34,619 bases of DNA, taken from IMG/VR virus record IMGVR_UViG_3300034682_000432, positions 1 through 34,619 of that record; one strand, written 5' to 3'. This document shows, piece by piece, positions 9,432 through 17,400 of the stretch; the first letter of the stretch is position 1; every line of letters begins with the position of its first letter. The stretch comes from a virus (Duplodnaviria > Caudoviricetes). The translations under genes were made by a program, and so were the position numbers. Below the pieces are notes generated by a model. It was not told the origin of the DNA, did not search any database, and saw nothing but the letters and a program-made list of their open reading frames with translations.

Positions 9432-9788
9432 TTAGATCCTCACAACCTTGTCACCGAAGAATGTGGTCGCGATATCGCCACTCTCTTCCCGCAAACTGGC
9501 TGGTTCGTTGGTGGATGCCTTGGTCATCATGTAGCTGACGCCGTTATCACCTTCCCAGGTGAGCGTGGCATCTTCGATGGCGTTGATCTCCATCACATCC
9601 ACATCTTCGTCGGCGGCAATGACCATCTCGATGCTAGGAGGGGAGTACTTCTTGCTTTTTCCCCATACCTTGCCGGGGCCAACATGCTGGGTTCGGGAAT
9701 ATCCACCCGGATTCAGCACGGCACCACCCTTAGTTTTAAACTGCTTACCATTGCTTCGAATGGTCACTTCGCCAAGGACTTGTCCCAT
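9432..9788 (-). CDS. M: Tail tube protein (Mu gp40/M)
   Basis: 118 aa after the sheath; K.GA.LNPGG..R motif. Confidence 0.9.
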   Translation of the reverse strand: MGQVLGEVTIRSNGKQFKTKGGAVLNPGGYSRTQHVGPGKVWGKSKKYSPPSIEMVIAADEDVDVMEINAIEDATLTWEGDNGVSYMMTKASTNEPASLREESGDIATTFFGDKVVRI

Positions 9789-9798
9789 GGTGCTCCCC

Positions 9799-11289
9799 TT
9801 AGAGTTTGAATTGGATCAGGCTGGCGAACACGCGCAGCTGGTTAACAACATCCGGGTGGCACACGCAGTTCAAGCGGTTGCGGTCGGACGTATCGCGATA
9901 GACCGCCAAAGTCTCCTTGAACAGGTCATAGTTTTCCATCAGACCTGATGAGACCCAGCCGAGTGCTACTTCCAGCAAGGCCTGACGCATCAACTCTGGC
10001 GTCACGACCGGTTGACCTGGCTCAAGCAGCGGCAAAACGTTGTCATCAGCCAGCTTATGGCGCGGGTAACGGTTAGTGACCATCACAGAAATGTCATAAC
10101 GCATCTTGCCTAGAGTGGCCGGAGTAGTGATGTCCAGGTAGGATGGATCTGGGTCACCGTAGGCGTTCTGCTGGTACATCGACACTTCACGTTCGATGGC
10201 CACAACGTCACCGGGCTGGATCTGGTAGGTCGCAATCCCAGATTTGAGTAAGTTGTTGCGTTCATCAAAGGCGAATCGATCGGCTTTCTCCGGGGTCAAA
10301 ATTCCGGGCAGAACCAGCGTCTGCAGCGGCCGCGCCGGATCAATCGCCAGATAGTAAGCCCCGATACCACAATAGCTTGCTGCAAAGTCCCAGGGTGAAG
10401 ATGGGGATTTGCTGGTGCCAAGGCACGAGATCAGGAAGTCATTGCGCGACTCACCGAAGGTGATGGTCTGGCCGTAGGTGCCCCGAAAAGCGGTATATGC
10501 GATCCCCTCAATCATCTTGAGCGGACCCCAACGCTCCAACAACTCATCGCGCAGAGTGTTCAGGCTGGCGGTGTCATTGAACGGCGTCATCAGATGGTTG
10601 TACCACTCGTTCGGCATCGCCGCGATGACTGCCGCCATGTCCGGAGAGCCAGAGCCACCTGTCATCGCGGCAGCTGTGACGGTTACACCCGGCGGCAACT
10701 GCTCACCCGCGTAGTAGTTAAAGCGCAGGTCAATATCGTTACCTGTCAAACCTTTCCACTTGGCTGTGACATTAACCTTGGCGGTATCCGCGCCATCCAC
10801 GGCAGCAATCACCGGCAGGTTTTTCTTGCCATTAATGGCAGCTGCAACACTGGTTGCTACCTGAGCAGCGGTTGCAGCTGCTGCAACGCCAACCTGCAGC
10901 GCTTGCCCGGCAATCAATAAGTAGAGAGTACCGGCAGAGGTGGCTGGGCCGGTAAAGGTGTATGAACCGCCAGCCGCCGCACCCGCCGACAACTCGCCAA
11001 TCGGCAGAGCAAAGGTGCGGGTGTAGCTGTTGGCTTTACGATACTGCTTGGCAGCCAGTGCCATCATGGAGCCAACACCGAATAAACTATCGATAGCCGA
11101 CTCACTAATCGGGATCTCGACAACCGACAACGGCGTTGCGGTACCGGCATCGGCGCCGCTGTCGATCATCTGACCGAAGAGCATCACGTTCTGGTCCTGG
11201 GCGATGTTTCCGCTCAGTGCCTGCGAGTTATCAATCTCGATATAGACGAGCGGAACCCGCACATCATTAGGGATAGATCCGAGAGCCAT
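9799..11289 (-). CDS. L: Tail sheath protein (Mu gpL)
   Basis: IP.DVRVPLVYIEIDNSQA, DPARPLQTL.LPG and YPRHKLADD motifs. Confidence 0.96.
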   Translation of the reverse strand: MALGSIPNDVRVPLVYIEIDNSQALSGNIAQDQNVMLFGQMIDSGADAGTATPLSVVEIPISESAIDSLFGVGSMMALAAKQYRKANSYTRTFALPIGELSAGAAAGGSYTFTGPATSAGTLYLLIAGQALQVGVAAAATAAQVATSVAAAINGKKNLPVIAAVDGADTAKVNVTAKWKGLTGNDIDLRFNYYAGEQLPPGVTVTAAAMTGGSGSPDMAAVIAAMPNEWYNHLMTPFNDTASLNTLRDELLERWGPLKMIEGIAYTAFRGTYGQTITFGESRNDFLISCLGTSKSPSSPWDFAASYCGIGAYYLAIDPARPLQTLVLPGILTPEKADRFAFDERNNLLKSGIATYQIQPGDVVAIEREVSMYQQNAYGDPDPSYLDITTPATLGKMRYDISVMVTNRYPRHKLADDNVLPLLEPGQPVVTPELMRQALLEVALGWVSSGLMENYDLFKETLAVYRDTSDRNRLNCVCHPDVVNQLRVFASLIQFKL

Positions 11290-11291
11290 GG

Positions 11292-11474
11292 CTACTCCTT
11301 GGTCTGGTTAGGCTTGGCAACTTTAGCTGCCGTTGTTACTTCAACCACATCGCCATCAGCGAGGCGCTTGATCCAAAAGCTGGTGCGGGGCACGACTTCA
11401 CCCTCGGTTGACAGCTTGCTGCCATCAGGCTTTTTAATCGTCAGCCCGGTAGCGGGTTTTAGTTTAAGTTCCAT
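11292..11474 (-). CDS. Mu gp38-like small protein (DUF2635)
   Basis: KPA.G..I..P....L..EGE.VPR..FW.KRL.DGDV motif; start moved to ATG 11474 after GAGGA. Confidence 0.85.
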   Translation of the reverse strand: MELKLKPATGLTIKKPDGSKLSTEGEVVPRTSFWIKRLADGDVVEVTTAAKVAKPNQTKE

Positions 11475-11481
11475 TGATTCC

Positions 11482-12102
11482 TCACTGTGTGTCTGAAGCA
11501 GGGAGTACAACCTCGGCCTCACAGACCGGGGCGCCATCGCCTTGTTCTGCGCGCCAGTCGAAGCGCAAGAAGTCTTCCAGCGTTGCCATATCAATCAGTT
11601 CATCAAGTGGCCAGTCTTGCCGCCACGTCACGGCCCAGATCGCGACACCTTTCTTATCGGTCTTGATGGCATAGAGGTTCTGCATCGAGACAGCTTCAGG
11701 GGATTTGACCGCGCCAGTACCTTTCCATCCGCCCTTAATCATCAGAGCCTTAGCCAGACGACCGGCGATCACTTCTGCTCGCTGGTCTTTGGCATAGGCA
11801 AAGACATCAGCGCAGAACACATAAGCCGCAAACTCGATAGTTCCTATGAGCTGATTGCCCTGGTTTTCCATCCGGGGCACGCGCAATGCCGTTACCCGAA
11901 CGCCGCCATCTCGGGTGCTCATCCAACGGTCCAGCTCTTCTGCCTTATCAAACTGGCCGATGTGACGCTCGACGATCTGCACGCGATCGACTTGACGATC
12001 GGCACCAGGACCAGATGCCTGCAGATGGGGTTTCAGATATTCCACAACGGCCTCACAGGCGGATACCGTGCTACCGATGGTGCCAAAATCAGGGCGGCTC
12101 AT
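11482..12102 (-). CDS. Mu gp37-like tail completion protein
   Basis: Synteny and NLY.......G.A.WAVTW.Q motif; start at ATG 12102 overlapping the upstream stop. Confidence 0.75.
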   Translation of the reverse strand: MSRPDFGTIGSTVSACEAVVEYLKPHLQASGPGADRQVDRVQIVERHIGQFDKAEELDRWMSTRDGGVRVTALRVPRMENQGNQLIGTIEFAAYVFCADVFAYAKDQRAEVIAGRLAKALMIKGGWKGTGAVKSPEAVSMQNLYAIKTDKKGVAIWAVTWRQDWPLDELIDMATLEDFLRFDWRAEQGDGAPVCEAEVVLPASDTQ

Positions 12103-12656
12103 AGGCCTGCCTCCTTCATCACGTCTTGCCAAAAGTCGCCGATCACCGCGAGCAGTTCGGTCTGGTTGTCACTGGATAGGCCGAGATATTCCCGCTTCGG
12201 CATCTCCATCTGGCGGGTGAATGACCCTACAGACTGATAGACCGGGGATTTCAGCACCTTGCCAAACGCTTGGGTAATGCGGCGGATGTGGGCCGGAACC
12301 TGTACCGAGCCGCTGAACCCATCTTGATGAACACCGGCATATGCCAGTGCTGACCCCACCCGAACGTGGTTGCGTTGTACCTGGTACTCGATGCTATCGA
12401 GAAGATCACCTTCACCCTGCAGCAGGAATTGGTTGCCATGTCGGGTCTTGGCATAGGCCGCTGACCACGGCGTCCACGCAGTACCATCCGGTGCGGTCTT
12501 CTCATCGCTGATGCGTCGGCGCGTCTGGCGTTCAACCACATCACCAATGCTTTCCAGCAGTTCTGACTTGTAGTCGGTCCGGCCCAGGTGATCGAGCAGG
12601 CGCTGATATCGGGCCAGCTCTTCACCACGGGTATCGACCTGCACCGACAGAGCCAT
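12099..12656 (-). CDS. G: Virion morphogenesis protein (Mu gpG / P2 gpS family)
   Basis: PDG..W.P, L...G.L..SI, VGS...YA..HQ.G and MP.R.YLGLS motifs. Confidence 0.9.
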   Translation of the reverse strand: MALSVQVDTRGEELARYQRLLDHLGRTDYKSELLESIGDVVERQTRRRISDEKTAPDGTAWTPWSAAYAKTRHGNQFLLQGEGDLLDSIEYQVQRNHVRVGSALAYAGVHQDGFSGSVQVPAHIRRITQAFGKVLKSPVYQSVGSFTRQMEMPKREYLGLSSDNQTELLAVIGDFWQDVMKEAGL

Positions 12657-13090
12657 TACAGCACCCCTTTCAGGCTGTTTCTGGTAAACAGGCGCTCGTT
12701 GTCTTGCACCAATTCAACCTTGCCAACCGAACCTTCTGGCGGCATGTCCGGGGTTGGCAGACCAAGGTCCAATTTTCCGCTGGCCATCTCCTGCAGCTGC
12801 TTAATGGCGCGGTCATAGCGGTCCTGCAGCAGGTCGGTGACCTGGTTATCCCGATCCCCCAACCAATAGAAGGCAATGACCACGGCAATTCGCTTGAGCA
12901 GATCCGGAACCTCGGGCAATGGCAGCACATAGCGGCGACTCAACCGACCATTGATTTCATCGTCCGCCGTTGCCAGCGCCTCATTAATCCAGGTGTCGTT
13001 GAGGGTGTCGGTCGAACGATCGAGAGCGAGGTTGTAGAGCATGCTCTCATCCCGATCCACCAAGTCCTGTTTCGCCGCGTAGATAGCCAT
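12656..13090 (-). CDS. Head-tail connector, Mu gp36 (DUF1320)
   Basis: YA...DL, A..EI.G.L..RY.LPL and RY..A...L...A.GK..LG motifs. Confidence 0.92.
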   Translation of the reverse strand: MAIYAAKQDLVDRDESMLYNLALDRSTDTLNDTWINEALATADDEINGRLSRRYVLPLPEVPDLLKRIAVVIAFYWLGDRDNQVTDLLQDRYDRAIKQLQEMASGKLDLGLPTPDMPPEGSVGKVELVQDNERLFTRNSLKGVL

Positions 13091-13093
13091 GGC

Positions 13094-13537
13094 TTAGTCC
13101 AAGATCGCGGTGTTATCGGATACAACGGTGAGCCATGGCTCGTTATAAACGCGCTGGGCATCGGGGACCATCAGATAGCAACAGGGATCAGCACACTGAT
13201 GATCAGCAGGTACATCCGCTTTGCTGGTCACAACAAACACACGGGTAGCACTAGAATTCAGAAAGTGGACACCACAGCGCCAGAATCCGGACTTAGCACG
13301 CGCCTTTACATCAAAAGCCCCAATCAACCAGGATGGATGGTCAGTTTTACTCTGGGTGCCAGTGGACAGCTCTTGGGTGTTCAGCTGCAGGCCTTCACCC
13401 TGAGCGCCGGTGGTCAGCTCCTGGGTATTCACTTGCAAGGTTTCACCCTGAGTGCCGGTGGCTAACTCCTTCGTTTCGGTGTTCTGCTCGGTCACAACGA
13501 CAGGTTTATCACCTTGCGCTGAAGTGGCTTTAGCCAT
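13094..13537 (-). CDS. Mu gp35-like head-associated protein with N-terminal repeats
   Basis: GFWRCGVHF and EPWL.V motifs; position between capsid and gp36. Confidence 0.65.
   Translation of the reverse strand: MAKATSAQGDKPVVVTEQNTETKELATGTQGETLQVNTQELTTGAQGEGLQLNTQELSTGTQSKTDHPSWLIGAFDVKARAKSGFWRCGVHFLNSSATRVFVVTSKADVPADHQCADPCCYLMVPDAQRVYNEPWLTVVSDNTAILD
13352..13468. repeat. About 2.4 copies of a 48-bp (16-aa) in-frame tandem repeat
   Basis: Units start at 13352, 13400 and 13448; protein ELATGTQGETLQVNTQ/ELTTGAQGEGLQLNTQ/ELSTGTQ. Confidence 0.9.
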
Positions 13538-13572
13538 GATTCACGCTCCTTTATTGATTCATTAAAGGCGGT

Positions 13573-14076
13573 TTACACCGCTGATATCTGGGTCTGCCGG
13601 GTAGCCTGTTCTGCAATCAGCAGCATGGCCGTAATGGTATAGCTGCCACCATTGCTGCGAATGATGGGGCTCGACCCATTAGTAACAATGCCGCCATTAC
13701 GATCGATGCTGAAAAACGTGGCTAAGGTGACTACGTCATTCACTACAGCTGCATCTCTACTAGCAACCAGCCGGTTACCGTTTGTCCCAAGAAAGTCGAG
13801 TTGCAAGCTGCGGTTTTCTGTCCCAGCCGACCAAGTCCCTGTCAGGTTCAGCTTGAACGACATGCTGGCGTCGTCGTTATAAGCGTTCAGCTTGTCGCTC
13901 AGCGTATTGAAGAACGGGGCAAGCGTGCCAAAATTTGGCGCTGGCAGTCCCTTGGCCAAGGTCACCAGGTTGTAGTCAGTATCAGCTGCTAGCACCACGC
14001 CACTGAGCCCAGACCAATAGACCTCGCTTTTCTTGCGCTTCGGTGCCTGATAGACGAACGCTTTCCCGAATGGCAT
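13573..14076 (-). CDS. Sf6 tail-needle-knob-like beta-sandwich protein (stand-alone)
   Basis: KKSEV..SGLS, GTLAPFF.T, FKL.L.GTW..GT.NRS.QL.F, LATFFS.D..G...TNGS...I.SNG and IAEQ match my recollection of the Sf6 needle knob domain. Confidence 0.7.
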   Translation of the reverse strand: MPFGKAFVYQAPKRKKSEVYWSGLSGVVLAADTDYNLVTLAKGLPAPNFGTLAPFFNTLSDKLNAYNDDASMSFKLNLTGTWSAGTENRSLQLDFLGTNGNRLVASRDAAVVNDVVTLATFFSIDRNGGIVTNGSSPIIRSNGGSYTITAMLLIAEQATRQTQISAV

Positions 14077-14079
14077 CGC

Positions 14080-14331
14080 TTATCCCTCAGTGACGACCAG
14101 CACACCACTTCCCGCCTGATTCAGACGGCCATAGATGTTTTGAGGTGGATCAAAGCTCCAGCTTTCACGCTGGCCCCGCTGCAACTGATGGCCGACGACG
14201 CTGGCAGCCGGGAGTGCAGCATCCGTGCGATACAAAACGACCTGATTGGTCTGGTTCTCTAGAGTTCCGCTACCGACTGCGGATACCAGCACCCACGCGG
14301 CGGAGTTCAATGTCTTCGTGGTCGTGGCCAT
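14080..14331 (-). CDS. Small beta-rich putative capsid decoration/adaptor protein
   Basis: 83 aa with AAGGAG RBS, directly after the capsid gene; function inferred from position only. Confidence 0.6.
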   Translation of the reverse strand: MATTTKTLNSAAWVLVSAVGSGTLENQTNQVVLYRTDAALPAASVVGHQLQRGQRESWSFDPPQNIYGRLNQAGSGVLVVTEG

Positions 14332-14357
14332 GCTGACTCCTTCATCTATTCAACAAG

Positions 14358-14378
14358 TGCCCCGGACATGCCGGGGCA
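14358..14378 (-). terminator. GC-rich hairpin after the capsid gene (partial terminator/stabiliser)
   Basis: TGCCCCGG-N5-CCGGGGCA; weak U tract on the minus strand. Confidence 0.55.
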
Positions 14379-14384
14379 GGCGGT

Positions 14385-15284
14385 TTATTGCAGGTGACGG
14401 CTAATAACCAGCTCGACATTTTTGTAGTAAATGTTCGATTCACCGTTTTCTAGGTTCATCCGATCCAGAATTCGGCGGGCAGCCGCTTCATTGGATGGAC
14501 CACAGACCAGAGTTGTAGCCATAGTTCCGAGTGGGGTGCCATTGGACTTCGTCATTTTTGCCAGCTTGGTCTTGGCCGCTTCATAGTTGGCTTCATCCAG
14601 CACAGCCTTAGAGCCAATGCACAACTGAGGCAAGCTGAAGCCAAAACCAGCACGACCATCAACGCCTTGAGCAACTTGGTTCTGGAACCATGCGTATTCG
14701 CTGTTAGCACCGATAAATTCCAGTGCGAAAGGACGACGGTCTTGATAGATGATTGGCATCAAGATCTGGGTGTTATCGAGGAGGAACCACGGGGCGCCTG
14801 GATCCGTACTCGGGGTGCCAACAACATTCGAGAAAGTCGTTGCCGGAGTGGTATCCAGCGGATGATCTGTGTCGAAATAGTATTGGCCGTCATAACAAAG
14901 CGTGGTGAAACCAGCAGCCAGCAGGGAATAGCAGAAGTTATCCGGATACAGACCAATCTCGCGACCCCATGCTTTTGCCAGCATGGAATACTTGCCGATC
15001 TTGTCGTCTTCCAGATCTTCACGCTTGATGACGACAGAGGCTTCGAATGTTTTATTCGGGATGGCATAACCATGTGATCCCAGTTGGACCAACATACGAT
15101 TAGTGACCCACTCCTGCAGGCCTGGTAGATCATCTATCCAGCCGTACAGCTCCGAACTGCCTGAGCTTGGTACCTTAGTGGCAATCTTGTCCCACTGCGG
15201 TGTAACTGTGCCGAGACCTTCTGTAAACGCGGCATTAGCACCAACGGTCAGGATCTCGATAATTTGAGCTTGAGTAAAAGCCAT
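14385..15284 (-). CDS. T: Major capsid protein (Mu gpT)
   Basis: W.KIAT.VPS....E.YGW...LP...EW, NK.FEASV.I.R.D.EDD..G.Y and CYDGQ.FFDTDHP motifs. Confidence 0.96.
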   Translation of the reverse strand: MAFTQAQIIEILTVGANAAFTEGLGTVTPQWDKIATKVPSSGSSELYGWIDDLPGLQEWVTNRMLVQLGSHGYAIPNKTFEASVVIKREDLEDDKIGKYSMLAKAWGREIGLYPDNFCYSLLAAGFTTLCYDGQYYFDTDHPLDTTPATTFSNVVGTPSTDPGAPWFLLDNTQILMPIIYQDRRPFALEFIGANSEYAWFQNQVAQGVDGRAGFGFSLPQLCIGSKAVLDEANYEAAKTKLAKMTKSNGTPLGTMATTLVCGPSNEAAARRILDRMNLENGESNIYYKNVELVISRHLQ

Positions 15285-15299
15285 GGTCAGATTCTCCGA

Positions 15300-15803
15300 T
15301 TAATAGGCAGGCTTGTGGTGGCGATTGGCTTTCCAGGATTCAGGCTTGACGCCTGCAGCACGACACATAGCCAGTTCATCTTTGCTCAGCTCGCCATCCT
15401 GCTGATCTGTTTTCCCTTTCACAGGGTCAGAATCAGCAATGATCGGGGCGCGGGCCACGAATTGTTTGAATTGCTCAACACCGCCTTCAGCTCGGCACAT
15501 GCCAAGGAACATTCCCTTGTCGGCCGGGGCAACCTTACCAACGGCGATAGCGTCATCGACTATTGCTTCAAGCTTGGCAGTTTCGGTTTCTTGCACTTTG
15601 GCTTCTGCAGATTCAGCACGGTTCAATGCCAGCTGATAGGTTTCTTTTGGAATGAACTTCGTCAGATCAGGTTGCAGACTGTTAGCTCGATTAAGGGCAA
15701 GCTGATGATCTGTCTTCAGGCTGTTGATCGCGGTAAGCGCGGCGGTGATTTCCGCATCGGCTCCCAGACCCAATGCTTGGGTCAGTTCGATGGGCAATGG
15801 CAT
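15300..15803 (-). CDS. Scaffolding protein from internal in-frame start (Mu gpZ-like)
   Basis: AAGGAG RBS before internal ATG 15803 (MPLPIEL..ALGL), right after the protease domain as in Mu I/Z. Confidence 0.75.
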   Translation of the reverse strand: MPLPIELTQALGLGADAEITAALTAINSLKTDHQLALNRANSLQPDLTKFIPKETYQLALNRAESAEAKVQETETAKLEAIVDDAIAVGKVAPADKGMFLGMCRAEGGVEQFKQFVARAPIIADSDPVKGKTDQQDGELSKDELAMCRAAGVKPESWKANRHHKPAY

Positions 15804-16253
15804 TTCAGACTCCTTGCGATTCAGTGCAGGTAATTGTTCGATGTTCGGTTCATTAGTCAGGCCAGCACTAGCAATCGCTTTTACTGTCCCTTTCGCGTCA
15901 TAGTTGAATGCTGGTGAATAAAAGGCGTACTCCTTCTTCTCCAGTATTTCTCGACCTTCGCTATTCCACTCCACCATTCCCCAGACTTCGCCAGCCATAT
16001 TTTCGAGTGCTAGGATCCAGCCTACAGCTGGCGCTGGCTCACCCAATGGGCCTTTGATATGAGTTGAATGTTCGATGTCGAACGGACGTTTTTTGGTAAA
16101 CGAGGCCACCACAGCATCGGGATTGCTGTTGTTCCAAACTCGACCATCCTCACCCGGGAAAACACCAGCCGGGATGAGCGGAAGCCAGACCTTTTCGTCA
16201 CGAACTTCCTGACGTGACATGTCGAAGCAAAGGGCTAGATAGGTCTTGGGCAT
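15300..16253 (-). CDS. I: Prohead protease (Mu gpI)
   Basis: LIPAG.F.G.DGR, D.EH, PA.GWI, Y.FYSPAF and AGLTN.PN motifs; start set at ATG 16253. Confidence 0.93.
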   Translation of the reverse strand: MPKTYLALCFDMSRQEVRDEKVWLPLIPAGVFPGEDGRVWNNSNPDAVVASFTKKRPFDIEHSTHIKGPLGEPAPAVGWILALENMAGEVWGMVEWNSEGREILEKKEYAFYSPAFNYDAKGTVKAIASAGLTNEPNIEQLPALNRKESEMPLPIELTQALGLGADAEITAALTAINSLKTDHQLALNRANSLQPDLTKFIPKETYQLALNRAESAEAKVQETETAKLEAIVDDAIAVGKVAPADKGMFLGMCRAEGGVEQFKQFVARAPIIADSDPVKGKTDQQDGELSKDELAMCRAAGVKPESWKANRHHKPAY

Positions 16254-16325
16254 GACTCGCTCCGTTACATAGCAACCTCCCGCCAGTTGGCTGAGTGGGT
16301 TGAATAAAATTATGTGGACGAGTCG

Positions 16326-16371
16326 ATTCTCGTGGAGTTGATGCAACTGGGTGTAATGACGGTTTTCGCTT
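16326..16371 (-). promoter_or_regulatory. Putative C-dependent late promoter for head genes (PI-like)
   Basis: Minus-strand GAAAACCGTCATTACA plus -10-like GAGAAT; same motif and spacing as upstream of the endolysin. Confidence 0.65.
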
Positions 16372-16608
16372 TGATTGCAGGTTTAACTTAAGAGGGTGTT
16401 GGCGATGGGGAACTGCACGTTTTGGTCATCATGATGTGATGACCGAGCATCAACAGGGTACACGGGTTTTTCAGGCTGGCAAGATGGGATGATGGAGTGA
16501 ATGCAAAATCACAGCATTAACACCACCACACACCATCTTTAAACCACATTTAAACAGCACCAGATTCAACGGACGCATTCTAACTCATACGCTGGTAGCC
16601 AAAAACGC

Positions 16609-17400
16609 TTACAGAGGCGCTGAGAGCGCCTGACGCATTATTTTTTCCTTGGCTGCCAAGTCGAGTTTCATCGCTTGCTGACGGCCTTGCCCTGGATTGT
16701 AGTTCCATCCCGGCTCGATGCCGGTCGGGATCACTTCTACATCACCGGTTCGTTTGTTCACCCATTCGCGGGTGCCATCATCCGGAGCCGTGAATTTAAT
16801 CCCGCTCTTGTCCTGCAGCTTGGCATATTCAAACTTCGAGATCTGACTCACCCAGCAATGACATCCCCAACCGTTGGGCGGCATGTGACTTTGCCACCAT
16901 GGGTCATCAACCGGCAGGGCGATACCATTCCAGCTGACATGGATAGCCCGATGCTCCTTGGCCGGTCCGTTCTGGTAGAGCAAATAGGGCATGGCCCGTT
17001 TGGTTCGCTCGATGCGCTCCCACTGTCCAGCGGCGCGAGCAGTGCGCATGTTGGTTCGGTAGATGGTCTTTAACCGACCTTCACTGCCCAGTTGCACCGG
17101 CTTGGTTTCACCCGTCATCGGATCATCCATGGTCTGGATGCCCCACCATCCAGACTTGATCAACAGGGGTTTAATCGCAGCCTGGAACTGGGAAAAGGTC
17201 TGTCCCTCTTCCAGTGCCTGTTCGACCATCCTCCGAACTTCAGTCAGCAGATCTGCATTCAGCATCTTAGCGACGGTAAAAGCGTTGCTGTGCTCCTCCT
17301 TCCACACGTCACGATAATCGAACCCCGGTGTGATGCTCTTTTTTTTGAACCAGTTCAGCGCCTCCTTGGGCGGGAAGACTGATGCGGTTGGCTCAGGCAT
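16609..17400 (-). CDS. F: Head morphogenesis/minor head protein MuF (Mu gp30, SPP1 gp7 family)
   Basis: EEH..AFTVAK, RL.TIY.TN.R.A...G.W and LPVDDPWW..H.PPNGWGC.C motifs; follows the portal; start ATG 17400. Confidence 0.93.
   Translation of the reverse strand: MPEPTASVFPPKEALNWFKKKSITPGFDYRDVWKEEHSNAFTVAKMLNADLLTEVRRMVEQALEEGQTFSQFQAAIKPLLIKSGWWGIQTMDDPMTGETKPVQLGSEGRLKTIYRTNMRTARAAGQWERIERTKRAMPYLLYQNGPAKEHRAIHVSWNGIALPVDDPWWQSHMPPNGWGCHCWVSQISKFEYAKLQDKSGIKFTAPDDGTREWVNKRTGDVEVIPTGIEPGWNYNPGQGRQQAMKLDLAAKEKIMRQALSAPL

Noticed and set aside
11542-13465. Long plus-strand ORFs (11542-12237, 231 aa; 12704-13465, 253 aa)
   Set aside because: Antisense shadows of well-supported neck genes with no recognisable motifs.
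16254-16346. Upstream extensions given by the ORF track (gpI from 16346; likewise MuB 30722, activator 23882, TraR 22170, gp38 11594)
   Set aside because: Downstream ATGs have better RBSs or coupling, and the extensions overlap regulatory elements or other genes.
16567-16575. CAACGGACG matching an operator copy at 33093-33101
   Set aside because: A single 9-bp match in 35 kb can arise by chance and is not clustered.
16680-17050. gpF and its paralogue as inverted repeats of an invertible or cassette-switching system
   Set aside because: DNA is diverged at many third positions, and no invertase or crossover sites are evident.
16609-17400. MuF polymorphic toxin
   Set aside because: Neither MuF copy has a C-terminal extension, and gpF has no immunity-like gene after it.
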